From: a virus
Direction: 5' to 3' (one strand)
Virus record (IMG/VR): IMGVR_UViG_3300048074_000119
DNA length: 64,000 nt
Shown: in pieces, positions 1-8,631 of the stretch
Position numbering within the stretch: the first letter of the stretch is position 1
Layout: each line of letters begins with the position of its first letter
The notes under the pieces: generated by a model
What the model saw: only the letters and a program-made list of their open reading frames with translations
What the model was told of the DNA's origin: nothing
The model's database searches: none
Translations under genes and position numbers: made by a program

Positions 1-353
1 CCGCGGGCCTCAGTGCGGCCGCCGCGCCGCCGAAGAAGAAGGTGACCGTGCCGACCGTCGCTCTGCCCAAGCCGAGCAAGCTGCCGGGTGGCGTCACGAC
101 GTCGCCGGGCGCCGAGCCGGTGCGGCCCCCGGGTGCGTACGGCCCGAGCCCCTCGAGCTCGACGCCGGGTGGCGGCGTCGACGACTACAACGCCGGTGCG
201 CAGGTGGGGCGTGCGGACGGCCTCGTGGCGAACGCGACGCTGAGCGTCGACCCGTGGGTGTCCCCGAGCGACCTCATGGTCCACTACGACACCGACCAGT
301 CCGATGCCTGGAAGAAGGGCTACAAGACGGCGTTCAACAACGCGATCGGCTGA
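1..353 (+). CDS. C-terminal part of a Pro/Gly-rich protein (5' end outside window)
   Basis: Frame is open from the window start. C-terminal YNAG..G / AWKKGY motif resembles GYAKG / AWRNGY in 63216-63881. Confidence 0.6.
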   Translation, partial: AGLSAAAAPPKKKVTVPTVALPKPSKLPGGVTTSPGAEPVRPPGAYGPSPSSSTPGGGVDDYNAGAQVGRADGLVANATLSVDPWVSPSDLMVHYDTDQSDAWKKGYKTAFNNAIG

Positions 354-358
354 GCATC

Positions 359-1027
359 ATGGACACGAAGCGCACTTTGATGTTCGCGGGCGGCGGCCTC
401 TTGGTCGCGACGGGTGTGGGCTTCGGCGTCCGCGCGTATCGACGGCGCGGGCTCGACGCTGGGTGCGACCCGCTCCCGCTCTGGCCGCACAAGCTCGACA
501 ACGTCGTCATGGTCGACTCGGCGCTCGAGGTCAACTACGACATTCTGGTCGTGCGCAGCGAAGCGGCGAAGAAGATCATCGCGGCCCTCAACGACTACGA
601 CTTGGCGCAGTTCCAGTGGACCGCTCCTGCCGACGACCCGGACCAAGGCACGGACATGGTCTACACGGCCGCGGCGTTCGATCTGCGTCCTGCTCGTGTC
701 GGCAGCACCAAGGCGGGCGCGTACGTCGCAGCGGCCGCGCTGGCGGGGTTCAACGTCTACATCAACGTCCGTCTGACCAACCTGGTCGACGGCCCGGTGT
801 CGATCCTGCCGTCGCTCGCGGGTCGCAGCTACGAGCGCGACATCATCATCGGCTCGCCGAGCTCGAAGATGGCCGACCATGCGTACTTCGGGAAGGACGT
901 GGCAATCACGCGCTCGCAACGCGCTCTCCTCGTGCGCGGCGCCGCACAGGCAGCCCCCAAGCTGCCGCCATTCGTAGCTTCGACGCTCGACAAGCCCGCG
1001 GTGGTGCCCGCGATCCAAGAGCACTGA
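359..1027 (+). CDS. N-terminally membrane-anchored protein, paralog of 60821-61798
   Basis: ATG 359; hydrophobic GGGLLVATGVGFGV followed by RAYRRR; shares AALAGFNV with the 60821 protein. Confidence 0.65.
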   Translation: MDTKRTLMFAGGGLLVATGVGFGVRAYRRRGLDAGCDPLPLWPHKLDNVVMVDSALEVNYDILVVRSEAAKKIIAALNDYDLAQFQWTAPADDPDQGTDMVYTAAAFDLRPARVGSTKAGAYVAAAALAGFNVYINVRLTNLVDGPVSILPSLAGRSYERDIIIGSPSSKMADHAYFGKDVAITRSQRALLVRGAAQAAPKLPPFVASTLDKPAVVPAIQEH

Positions 1028-1096
1028 CCCCCGTCCAGCGGCTCTGGCGCCGACCCTCCGAAGGTCGGGTAGGTGGTTCAACTCCACCACGGGGGG
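1028..1096 (+). tRNA. tRNA-Arg(CCG)-like, short D arm
   Basis: Acceptor CCCCCGT/ACGGGGG; 6-bp anticodon stem with loop CTCCGAA; T loop TTCAACT. Confidence 0.7.
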
Positions 1097-1097
1097 C

Positions 1098-1169
1098 CGC
1101 AGGGAAGCCAAGAGGCTGGCTGGGGCCCATAACCCCGGCGACCAGGGGCAGTACCTGGCCCTGCATCCA
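1098..1169 (+). tRNA. initiator-like tRNA-Met(CAT) with non-canonical D and T loops
   Basis: C1:A72 mismatch; GGG/CCC in anticodon stem; loop CCCATAA; T loop GGCAGTA; encoded CCA. Confidence 0.65.
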
Positions 1170-1170
1170 C

Positions 1171-1239
1171 GGCTGCGTGTCTCGGAGACGGGCGCTCCTC
1201 ATAAGGGTGACCACGAGGGTTCGACTCCCTTCGCAGCCA
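1171..1239 (+). tRNA. tRNA-Met/Ile2(CAT), 3-nt D loop
   Basis: GGCTGCG/CGCAGCC; D arm GTCT-CGG-AGAC; loop CTCATAA; T loop TTCGACT. Confidence 0.7.
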
Positions 1240-1240
1240 C

Positions 1241-1313
1241 TGGGGTGTCCCTCGGAGGGCGTCTCGGCCTTGAACCGGGTATGCGTCTGGTTCGACACCA
1301 GCCACCCCAACCA
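1241..1313 (+). tRNA. tRNA-Gln(TTG), 3-nt D loop
   Basis: TGGGGTG/CACCCCA (U1-A72 typical of Gln); D arm CCCT-CGG-AGGG; loop CCTTGAA; CCA. Confidence 0.75.
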
Positions 1314-1317
1314 CCAT

Positions 1318-1392
1318 CAGCCTGTAGCGCACTGGTAGCGCGCTCCCTTGGGGAGGGAGAGGTCGCGAGTTCGATTCTCGCCAGGCTGACCA
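1318..1392 (+). tRNA. tRNA-Pro(GGG)
   Basis: Canonical cloverleaf; CAGCCTG/CAGGCTG; loop TTGGGGA; CCA. Confidence 0.92.
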
Positions 1393-1465
1393 ACGGCCCG
1401 CACATGGGTCGTGTATGGGTTGCAGAGCCCACCTCGAGCATGTAGGCTCGGGTTCGTGAACGAGA

Positions 1466-1537
1466 CGGCGTGTAGGCCAGTGGTAGGTCACTCGGTTCGG
1501 GACCGAGATTTCGGGAGTTCGATTCTCCCCACGCCGA
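1466..1537 (+). tRNA. tRNA-Pro(CGG)
   Basis: Canonical cloverleaf; CGGCGTG/CACGCCG; loop TTCGGGA. Confidence 0.92.
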
Positions 1538-1543
1538 CGACAC

Positions 1544-1611
1544 GGGACGCCCCTTGGAAGGGAGCATGCCCTCACACGGCGCGCGACAGGGTCCGATTCC
1601 CTGGCGTCCTA
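1544..1611 (+). tRNA. tRNA-Val(CAC)-like, short D arm
   Basis: GGGACGC/GCGTCCT; D arm CCCT-TGGA-AGGG; loop CTCACAC; T loop TCCGATT. Confidence 0.65.
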
Positions 1612-1612
1612 C

Positions 1613-1685
1613 GCACCGCTGGTCCTCTGGTAGAGGTCGCCCGTCTGATACGCGGGAGAGTTGGGTTCGATCCCCGAGCGGTGCA
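1613..1685 (+). tRNA. tRNA-Ile(GAT)
   Basis: GCACCGC/GCGGTGC; stem CCCGT/GCGGG with loop CTGATAC; T loop TTCGATC. Confidence 0.8.
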
Positions 1686-1686
1686 C

Positions 1687-1757
1687 GCGAGTCGACGGTA
1701 CGGTACCTGGTCTTCCTGACGCGAAGACTGCTCGGGGTTCGACTCCCCGGACTCGCA
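1687..1757 (+). tRNA. tRNA-Val(GAC), 3-nt D loop
   Basis: GCGAGTC/GACTCGC; D arm GGTA-CGG-TACC; 6-bp anticodon stem with loop CTGACGC. Confidence 0.75.
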
Positions 1758-1759
1758 CG

Positions 1760-2011
1760 ATGGATCAAGAGCGGATGAAGGTTCAGGCTTGGATGGAGAA
1801 GCAGCAGATCGGGCTCGACCTCCCGGTCCGGGTGCAGCTCAAGATCGACGGCGAAGTCTTCTGGTTCAGCCTGAAGATCGGCCTCGACTTCGCGAACCGC
1901 ATCGAGAACGATCCCATCGTGTCCGCCTACACGCCGCACTGGGCGCCGTGGCAGTTGCGATGCACCCGTCACTTCCTGTTGTGTGTGCCCAAGCCGGAGG
2001 ACGGAGCATGA
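1760..2011 (+). CDS. hypothetical protein
   Basis: ATG just after last tRNA; stop overlaps next start. Confidence 0.55.
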   Translation: MDQERMKVQAWMEKQQIGLDLPVRVQLKIDGEVFWFSLKIGLDFANRIENDPIVSAYTPHWAPWQLRCTRHFLLCVPKPEDGA

Positions 2012-2415
2012 GCGGCAAGACCACGTACGCCGAGGGGTTCGAGCGGTGCATCCACAGCCTTTCCGCGACCGAGTGGAAGTTCGCGGCAGGCAGCCGACGC
2101 GACGTCACGGCGCCGTTGCAGTTCACGCTGGCGAGCTGGTCGGCCAAGTACATCCTGATCGACGAGTTGTACGTGGGCGACGAGCTGTGCGCGGTGAAGG
2201 TGCCAGGAACACTCGTGTCCGACGACCGGAGCCTCGAGCGGTACGCGCCGTTGCTGCTGACCACCGCAGCAACCGACCTAGCGATGGTTCTGGGTCGCCC
2301 GCCGTACCTGATTCGCGATCACGTCGGCAAGGACATCACCGTCGTCCTGCGCAACCTCACCGCCAACCCCGTGCAGGTGTACGGGGCGATCATCGAGGTG
2401 GCTGAGCGATCGTGA
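2008..2415 (+). CDS. beta-sandwich protein, divergent member of the 59656 family
   Basis: ILIDELYVG and GKDITVVLRNLTANPVQVYGAI align with LVVDDIRIG and GITISLSLRNISGNPVTFRAAM. Confidence 0.55.
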   Translation: MSGKTTYAEGFERCIHSLSATEWKFAAGSRRDVTAPLQFTLASWSAKYILIDELYVGDELCAVKVPGTLVSDDRSLERYAPLLLTTAATDLAMVLGRPPYLIRDHVGKDITVVLRNLTANPVQVYGAIIEVAERS

Positions 2416-2606
2416 GCTACGGTGGCGCGCGCGAGGCGCGCAAGCGTGAAGCCGACCTCGAGTTCTTGGCGCGGTGCGTGACGGCGACCGAGCCGGAGCT
2501 GCTCAAGATGCTGCGCGACCTGGGCAAGAACAGCCCGGAGTGGAAGCGCGTCGCCGTGAAGCGTGCGCTGTCGCGGATCGCCAAGGCGCGGTTGCGGTCG
2601 TTTTGA
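2412..2606 (+). CDS. small hypothetical protein
   Basis: Coupled ORF in operon. Confidence 0.5.
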   Translation: MSYGGAREARKREADLEFLARCVTATEPELLKMLRDLGKNSPEWKRVAVKRALSRIAKARLRSF

Positions 2607-2631
2607 CGTATGGCCCGCGTAGGGGTATAAC
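2603..2631 (+). promoter_or_regulatory. sigma70-like promoter, leaderless
   Basis: TTGACG-17-TATAAC; ATG 6 nt downstream at 2638. Confidence 0.75.
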
Positions 2632-2637
2632 CGGGCC

Positions 2638-3480
2638 ATGGCGGCGGACGACATCGATCGGGAGCTGGAACACGCGGAGCGAGCCGGCAACGAGCGCCTC
2701 GCCAACATGCTGCGCGAGTTGCGCGCGACGCGGTTGGACCGGAAGGACGCGGCCAAGCTCTACCTCGGCAACGAGCAGCCGGTCATCACGCTGACCGGCC
2801 TCGACAGCAAGGTGCTCTGGTGGCAGGCGCGCCGTCTGCTGGACGAGCACCTGAACGTGGAGCTGGGGATCCTCTGGTCGGACTCGCGCGACGAGCCGCG
2901 GTACATGCGGCGGTCGGCGGTCTGCTCCGCGCTCGAGCGCCTGCCGATGCGCTGCGCCGTGCACGTCTGTGGGGCGGCCGCGACCAAGGCCTTCCTCGGT
3001 CTAGAGACGGACGACCGCTCCGACGTGTCGCACGCCACGATGCGCGATGCCATCCGTCAGTACGCGACCCGTGTGCAGATCAACGGCCGGGTCAGCGCGC
3101 TCCATGTCGCGCGGGCAACCGGCCTGTTCCGGCGCACCGTCATCACGCAGTGGAGCCGCCCGGACGCGAACAGGTCCTGGGACGACGCGGCGGGACGCAC
3201 GTACTTCCCCAACACGGCGCTCTTGGTGGACGCCTCGGGTGGCCGAGGGGTGGAGCCCGAGCACTGGGAGGTGCCTGATGTGAAGGCTCCGGTGGGGTTC
3301 GCGGGTGGGCTGAGCCTCGAGAACCTGGCCTTCCACATGCCGAAGATCCTGGCGCTGTCCAAGCCGGGCTTCTGGATCGACATGGAGACCAGCCTCCGCA
3401 CGGACGACTGGTTCGACATGGAGCGAGCCAAGGCCACCGTCCAGGCGTTCGAGACACTGATGAAGCGGGCCGGGCTGTGA
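2638..3480 (+). CDS. phosphoribosylanthranilate isomerase (TrpF)-like TIM barrel
   Basis: LLVDASGGRG, VGFAGGL..EN, WIDMETSLR motifs. Confidence 0.7.
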   Translation: MAADDIDRELEHAERAGNERLANMLRELRATRLDRKDAAKLYLGNEQPVITLTGLDSKVLWWQARRLLDEHLNVELGILWSDSRDEPRYMRRSAVCSALERLPMRCAVHVCGAAATKAFLGLETDDRSDVSHATMRDAIRQYATRVQINGRVSALHVARATGLFRRTVITQWSRPDANRSWDDAAGRTYFPNTALLVDASGGRGVEPEHWEVPDVKAPVGFAGGLSLENLAFHMPKILALSKPGFWIDMETSLRTDDWFDMERAKATVQAFETLMKRAGL

Positions 3481-3866
3481 AACGCGGTCTGGCGCGCCTC
3501 GTCTGGTGGTCGGCCCGCGAGGGGCCGAAGGTGATCGAGCGCCCGCTCGCGCGGGTCGAGGCCGCCACCCTGGGGAGAGCACTGCGCGCGCTCGGGGAAC
3601 TGTTCCCGGTGGGCATGGAGGTGGCGCGTCTGCGGCGAGAGGCCGAACGCATGCGGGAAGAGTTCAGGGACTTCGAGCGGCGTTCTGCGCGGGTGCACAA
3701 GAGGATGGCGAAGGTGCAGCGCAACATCGAGCAGACCAATCGCCTCATCAAGGCGACGGTGGAGCAGAACGTGCAGCTGTCGGCGCGGTACAAGGCGGCG
3801 CAAGACGAGGCGGCCGCTCTGCGGCTCCACGCTCTGCTCCCACGAAAGAAGGCGATCCAGTGCTGA
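3477..3866 (+). CDS. coiled-coil hypothetical protein
   Basis: Heptad-rich, coupled ORF. Confidence 0.5.
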   Translation: MKRGLARLVWWSAREGPKVIERPLARVEAATLGRALRALGELFPVGMEVARLRREAERMREEFRDFERRSARVHKRMAKVQRNIEQTNRLIKATVEQNVQLSARYKAAQDEAAALRLHALLPRKKAIQC

Positions 3867-4177
3867 CCAACCCAATCCACGTGCGCATGACCGTCAAGAT
3901 CCGCGGCCGCGAGCTCGTGAAGACGACCGCGCTGTCGACCGAGCATCCCGAGGACGAGGACGCGATGACCGCGTTGGGGGTCCAGCTGCGGAAGCTCGGG
4001 CGGCTCCCGAGCGGCCCGCTGACCGCCACCGAGGTGCCCCAAGAGGTGCGGATCGACGTGCTGTCGGGTCTCCCCGTGCGGCACGAAGCAATCTGGATCC
4101 GGGCCGAGAAGATCAAGGGCCTGCTGGACGAGAAGATGGCTCTGCTCGAGTTCGTGAAGGAGTTCGAGGGCGCATGA
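3860..4177 (+). CDS. hypothetical protein
   Basis: GTG start, coupled ORF. Confidence 0.5.
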   Translation: MLTNPIHVRMTVKIRGRELVKTTALSTEHPEDEDAMTALGVQLRKLGRLPSGPLTATEVPQEVRIDVLSGLPVRHEAIWIRAEKIKGLLDEKMALLEFVKEFEGA

Positions 4178-4419
4178 CCTCCCCTCCTCCCGCGGGCGCG
4201 TCAACGAAGAGCGAGACGGTCATGAGCGTTCGCGTCAAACTCATCGACGGCGTCGCGTACGCCCACATGAACGACATTGCGCTCTACCTCGAGAACGTCG
4301 CCAAGGAGGTGAGGGCGGACGCTGGACCCCTGGTTGTCCGTCACGCGGCCGCCAACGCCATCTCGGCCATGAGTGAGAAGGTGCGCGCGGCAGCCCACAA
4401 AGCGGAGACCGAAAGATGA
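4174..4419 (+). CDS. hypothetical protein
   Basis: ATGA overlap; TSTKSET segment repeated at start of the next ORF. Confidence 0.5.
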   Translation: MTSPPPAGASTKSETVMSVRVKLIDGVAYAHMNDIALYLENVAKEVRADAGPLVVRHAAANAISAMSEKVRAAAHKAETER

Positions 4420-4628
4420 GCGAGTCGACGAAGAGCGAGACGATCCCGGTGCCTCCGACGATGGAGGAAGCAGCCTCGATCGCTGCCGTCGAGGTGTGGC
4501 CGACGTGCAGCGACAAGGCGCGAGCGATCGTGTCGGGTCTGCTCAAGAGCCTCCCGCCCCCTTCGGGACCCATCAAGGTGCGGATCCTCCGCGGCGAGCG
4601 GGACACCGACTACTTCAGCGACAAGTGA
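4416..4628 (+). CDS. hypothetical protein
   Basis: ATGA overlap. Confidence 0.5.
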   Translation: MSESTKSETIPVPPTMEEAASIAAVEVWPTCSDKARAIVSGLLKSLPPPSGPIKVRILRGERDTDYFSDK

Positions 4629-4635
4629 GCCCACC

Positions 4636-5118
4636 ATGACCTCCCCCCTCCACATTCCGACCGGCGTGAGCATCGGTGTCCTCGCGGCGGCGGTCGTCAT
4701 CCTCGTCCTGCGCCGCCTGATGATGAACGCGACCGCGCGGGCGACCAGCGGCTGGGCGCAGTCCATCCGTCCGGGCCTCGTCTTGGTCTACACCCCACCC
4801 ACGAACAGCGAGATCCGTCGCATCTACCTCCAGACGGTGGACGTCGTGCCGGGCAAGCGGACGTTCATCAATCCGTCGGGGCTCACGATCAAGTACGTGT
4901 ACCTCCTGCCCATCGGAACGGGCTCTGGTGCCGAGGCCGAGCTGCTCCGCATCTTGGAGGAGGATGGCGGGTCGGCGATGCTGATCGACGGGTGGAAGTA
5001 CATCGTCGACGACCACGTCAACGAGATGCCGGCGGAAGAGGGGTGGCTTCACGCGAAGATCGTCCACCCGAGCCGGGTGTCGTCTTGGCGTCCTCGCGTG
5101 CGTTGGGTGGCCGGATGA
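4636..5118 (+). CDS. membrane-anchored hypothetical protein
   Basis: N-terminal hydrophobic helix. Confidence 0.55.
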   Translation: MTSPLHIPTGVSIGVLAAAVVILVLRRLMMNATARATSGWAQSIRPGLVLVYTPPTNSEIRRIYLQTVDVVPGKRTFINPSGLTIKYVYLLPIGTGSGAEAELLRILEEDGGSAMLIDGWKYIVDDHVNEMPAEEGWLHAKIVHPSRVSSWRPRVRWVAG

Positions 5119-5510
5119 GCGGGCCCGCGACCGATGCACTCGACAACCGCTGCCCAGCCTGCAACATCGGCACTGTCGCGCGGCGCGGCGGATCTGGTCG
5201 TTTCCAGTGGACGGGGGCCCACGGCTACATCCCCATACCAGAGGATCTTCTCATCCTCACCTGCGACCATCCAAGTTGCAAGGCCGAGTGGATCGATGGC
5301 GCGGGGGCCGAGGCGCTCGACGCGCACGCCGCGCAGTGGACCCCGCCCCTTGGATGGAAGCGCGTGCAGCGGCACGAGCCAAACTGCAAGTTCTACCCCT
5401 GCGTGTGTGGCTGCATCCCCGACGTGAAGCCCACGGATCGTGGCATCTGCACCTGCTGGATGGGCGGTGCCGAGGAAGACCCTCTTCCGCCGGGAAGGGA
5501 GCGCAAGTGA
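5115..5510 (+). CDS. zinc-ribbon protein
   Basis: CPAC...CDHPSC and C-terminal CxC clusters. Confidence 0.55.
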   Translation: MSGPATDALDNRCPACNIGTVARRGGSGRFQWTGAHGYIPIPEDLLILTCDHPSCKAEWIDGAGAEALDAHAAQWTPPLGWKRVQRHEPNCKFYPCVCGCIPDVKPTDRGICTCWMGGAEEDPLPPGRERK

Positions 5511-6193
5511 CTGACCTGACCGAGGAGTACATCCAGCGAGAGATCGCCTACGAGCGCGCGTGCCTGGTCGCGCTCGGGCTCGACCTCGTGGGGAACGAGA
5601 CCCTGGCCGAGGCCCGGGCCGAGTACAAGCGCGTGGCGGCGATGGACTGCGTGCCTCCCCTCGCCCCGTCGTGGCACAGCCGGGTCAAGTCGCGGCTAGC
5701 GAACTGGGCCGAGTGGGAGCGCGACCTGCCCCGCCCCCCGGCCAACAACCACTACGCCCACTGCGAGGCCTGTCGCGCCCAGGGCCTGGCCGAGAGCACC
5801 CCGCCGCAGGTGCACCTCCACGGGCAGCACGGCAACCACGACGACGCCTACATCGTCGGCGACCGGAAGGGGTTGCTGCGGCTCGCGGAGGCCATCCAGA
5901 CGGCCCTGGCAGGTCTGCACGACCAGACGCGCGGCCAGGGGGTGGCGGGCGTCACAGCCCGTGACGGGGAGGGCTACGCCCTGTACGTGGTGGCCCTGTC
6001 GGAGGAGCGCTTCGCGGGCACCCAGCTGCCCTACCAGCTCCATGGAGCCAGCCCGCCCGCCCCCGGTCGGCCTCCGTGGAGCCTGGTCACCCACGCCCCG
6101 GACGAGAGAGTCTTGGACGACAAGGAATGGTTCCGGCACCCCGCGGTCGACGACCACCGCCCGGTCCAGCAACAGAAGAAGGAAGACCGATGA
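5507..6193 (+). CDS. hypothetical protein
   Basis: GTGA overlap. Confidence 0.5.
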   Translation: MTDLTEEYIQREIAYERACLVALGLDLVGNETLAEARAEYKRVAAMDCVPPLAPSWHSRVKSRLANWAEWERDLPRPPANNHYAHCEACRAQGLAESTPPQVHLHGQHGNHDDAYIVGDRKGLLRLAEAIQTALAGLHDQTRGQGVAGVTARDGEGYALYVVALSEERFAGTQLPYQLHGASPPAPGRPPWSLVTHAPDERVLDDKEWFRHPAVDDHRPVQQQKKEDR

Positions 6194-6744
6194 CCACCGA
6201 ACAGATGCCCACGTGCTCCGCCTGCGGAACGATCCTGCCGACGACGGTTCAGGCAGCAGAGTACCGCGTCATCAGCAACAACGACCTCATCGGCTTTCTC
6301 GGGTCGGCGCTCGCGCATGCGGGCTGGCGCGTGCTGGCGACGTACAGCGAACCCATGCTGCGTCAGCTCTCCATCGCGGGGGTGTGGCGCGACACGTTCG
6401 TCCAAGAGCCCCGCTTTATCATCGGTCGTGGCGGTCGCGACGAGCTGATGGAGACCTTGAAGAGGAGCCTCCGAGAGGCGACCGACGAGAAGAGCAAGTT
6501 GAAGTACGAGGTCGAGCGGTTGCAGCGTGCCGAGAAGGTCTTGAGCGACCGCCTCGAGAGCACCGCCCGCGCGGCCGCTGACCGCATGAAAGAGGTGGAG
6601 GCCGTTCGCGAGGAACTCGCGCAGGTGCGAGAAGGCCACGAGCAGCAAGACGCTGCGCACCACCGACTCGAGGCCGACTTCGGCAAGGTGCGGGCGGCCA
6701 TCGGCGACCTCGCGCTCAAGAAGATCCTGGACGCGGCCAAGTGA
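6190..6744 (+). CDS. zinc-ribbon plus coiled-coil protein
   Basis: CSAC; long heptad C-terminus. Confidence 0.55.
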   Translation: MTTEQMPTCSACGTILPTTVQAAEYRVISNNDLIGFLGSALAHAGWRVLATYSEPMLRQLSIAGVWRDTFVQEPRFIIGRGGRDELMETLKRSLREATDEKSKLKYEVERLQRAEKVLSDRLESTARAAADRMKEVEAVREELAQVREGHEQQDAAHHRLEADFGKVRAAIGDLALKKILDAAK

Positions 6745-7121
6745 TCACGATCCACCAGTTTGTGCTCGGCATGATCCTGACCTCCGTGGGAACCGCGGCA
6801 GGATTGCTTGCCTTCGGGCTGTGGCTGAGTCGCCGCAACGACGCGGCAGCGGACAAGTCCGACAACGTGCACATCATCACGCGCGGCGCGCGCGCGATCT
6901 TGGTGGTCGATGTGAAGAGCGGGCACCAAGAGACCGTCGAACTGTCGCCCGACCGTGCGTTCGTGCTCGCCCGCAACCTCTCGGACGCGGCCAACATGGT
7001 CTGGCGCCGAAAGAAGGCGCCGACGCGGATGGGGGTGGCGAGGTTCGACATGCGCAAGCAACGTCGTCGCACCCGCGAGGAGGCGACACCAGCCACGGAG
7101 GAGGCCGAGCATGGGGTATAG
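6741..7121 (+). CDS. membrane protein
   Basis: N-terminal TM segment. Confidence 0.5.
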   Translation: MITIHQFVLGMILTSVGTAAGLLAFGLWLSRRNDAAADKSDNVHIITRGARAILVVDVKSGHQETVELSPDRAFVLARNLSDAANMVWRRKKAPTRMGVARFDMRKQRRRTREEATPATEEAEHGV

Positions 7122-7497
7122 CATCGGGTTCGACAGCAACACGAAGCGCGACATCGGCTACGGCGTGCCCGCGGTGTGTGACCACCCGGGCTGCAAGAAG
7201 CCGATCGACCGCGGCCTCGGTCACATGTGCGGCGGGTTGCAGACGGAAGGGAAGTGGAACAACGGCTGCGGCCTCTTCTTCTGCGGCGAGCACCTCCGCG
7301 TCACGGGCGTGTGCGCGCGGTGCTCCAGCGGGCGGACGGCCTTCAAGCCGAAGGCGGACGTCGACGAGTGGCTGCGTCACAAGCTGGCCGATGCCTCGTG
7401 GGGCAAGTGGCGCAAGGCGCATCCAGTCGAGGTGGAGAACATCCGGCGGCAGCTCGCGCGCAGGAAGGGAGGCGCCGATGTCGATGCCCGACAGTGA
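7111..7497 (+). CDS. conserved phage Cys/His-rich protein
   Basis: MGYSIG..RDIGYGVPAVCDHPGC..IDRGL motif recalled from phage hypotheticals. Confidence 0.65.
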   Translation: MGYSIGFDSNTKRDIGYGVPAVCDHPGCKKPIDRGLGHMCGGLQTEGKWNNGCGLFFCGEHLRVTGVCARCSSGRTAFKPKADVDEWLRHKLADASWGKWRKAHPVEVENIRRQLARRKGGADVDARQ

Positions 7498-7672
7498 GGT
7501 GGACGCGCTGATGCAGGTGCTCGAGGTCGCGCTCATCGGCACCTACGACGACGTGCAAGCGGCGGACGAAGTCGGTCGGCGCGACTACGGCCGCAAGATC
7601 GTCGGCGAGGTCATGTACCGGCAGATGCTGCCGAGCGTCGGCCTGCGGATCTTGCGCGGCGGTGAGCCGTGA
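7478..7672 (+). CDS. small hypothetical protein
   Basis: Coupled ORF. Confidence 0.45.
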   Translation: MSMPDSEVDALMQVLEVALIGTYDDVQAADEVGRRDYGRKIVGEVMYRQMLPSVGLRILRGGEP

Positions 7673-8631
7673 AGCCGCCCGTCGATCCGCACCGGGCGGC
7701 CCGCGAGGACTGGCTCTTGGCGATGGCCGTGGGGGACGCGGCCTGCATCTCGACCGAGTTCGTGAAGCCAGACGACCCGATCGTGGTGAAGACGCTCACG
7801 ACGCTGGACATGGGTCGGTTCGTGGGGTCGACGGCCCTCGAGCTGCCGCCGGGCCGGTACACCGACGACACGCAGATGACGATCGCCGTGGTGGAGTCGC
7901 TGCTCGAGGCGCAGATGAGCACCCCTGGCCTCGCGAACGCGGTCGTGCGCGTGTTTCAGCGCGATCGCCGCCCGGGGTACGCGCGGGGCTTCCAGTCCGT
8001 TCTGGCGACCGTGTCGGATGGGCAGGAGCTGATGACCCGCCTCCACGGTCGCAACAACTCCGAGAAGAACGGTGCGGCGATGCGCGCCATCCCCTACGGG
8101 CTCTTGGGCTATGCCATGTCCGCGATGGTGGTGCACGCGCAGCTCGGGGCCAAGCTCACCCACGACAGCCTCAGCGGTCGCTGGTCGTCCGCGGCGGTGG
8201 CTGCATTGGCGGCGATGGCGAAATCGGGCAAGGACCGAGCTGCGTTCGCGGGTGAGCTGCGTCAGACGATGCTCATGGTCACGGGCGACACGCGCAGGTT
8301 TGGTCCGGTGCCCGACCCGCTCCGGTGGCTCTGCGAACCCTACTACGGTCGCGTCGAGGGCGGAGGCGCCGACAGCGACAGCCTGGCGTGGCTGACGGTC
8401 CGTGCGGTCTTGCGCGTCGTCCACGAGGCACAGAGCATCCGCAACGCCCTCGAGCTCACCATCAAGCAAGGTGGGGACACCGACACGGTGGGCGCGCTGT
8501 CGTGTGGGATCTTGGCGCTCACCGGGATGCCCCTTGAGCCGTGGATGGTCGAGCAGATCGAGGACGGCCGCTTCGGCCGAGACTACCTACGTGCCTTGGG
8601 TGCACGGATGCTGGGGGCTACCAATGGCTGA
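7669..8631 (+). CDS. ADP-ribosylglycohydrolase (DraG/ARH family)
   Basis: AVGDA, YTDDTQMT, NGAAMR, GGDTDT motifs. Confidence 0.9.
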   Translation: MKPPVDPHRAAREDWLLAMAVGDAACISTEFVKPDDPIVVKTLTTLDMGRFVGSTALELPPGRYTDDTQMTIAVVESLLEAQMSTPGLANAVVRVFQRDRRPGYARGFQSVLATVSDGQELMTRLHGRNNSEKNGAAMRAIPYGLLGYAMSAMVVHAQLGAKLTHDSLSGRWSSAAVAALAAMAKSGKDRAAFAGELRQTMLMVTGDTRRFGPVPDPLRWLCEPYYGRVEGGGADSDSLAWLTVRAVLRVVHEAQSIRNALELTIKQGGDTDTVGALSCGILALTGMPLEPWMVEQIEDGRFGRDYLRALGARMLGATNG

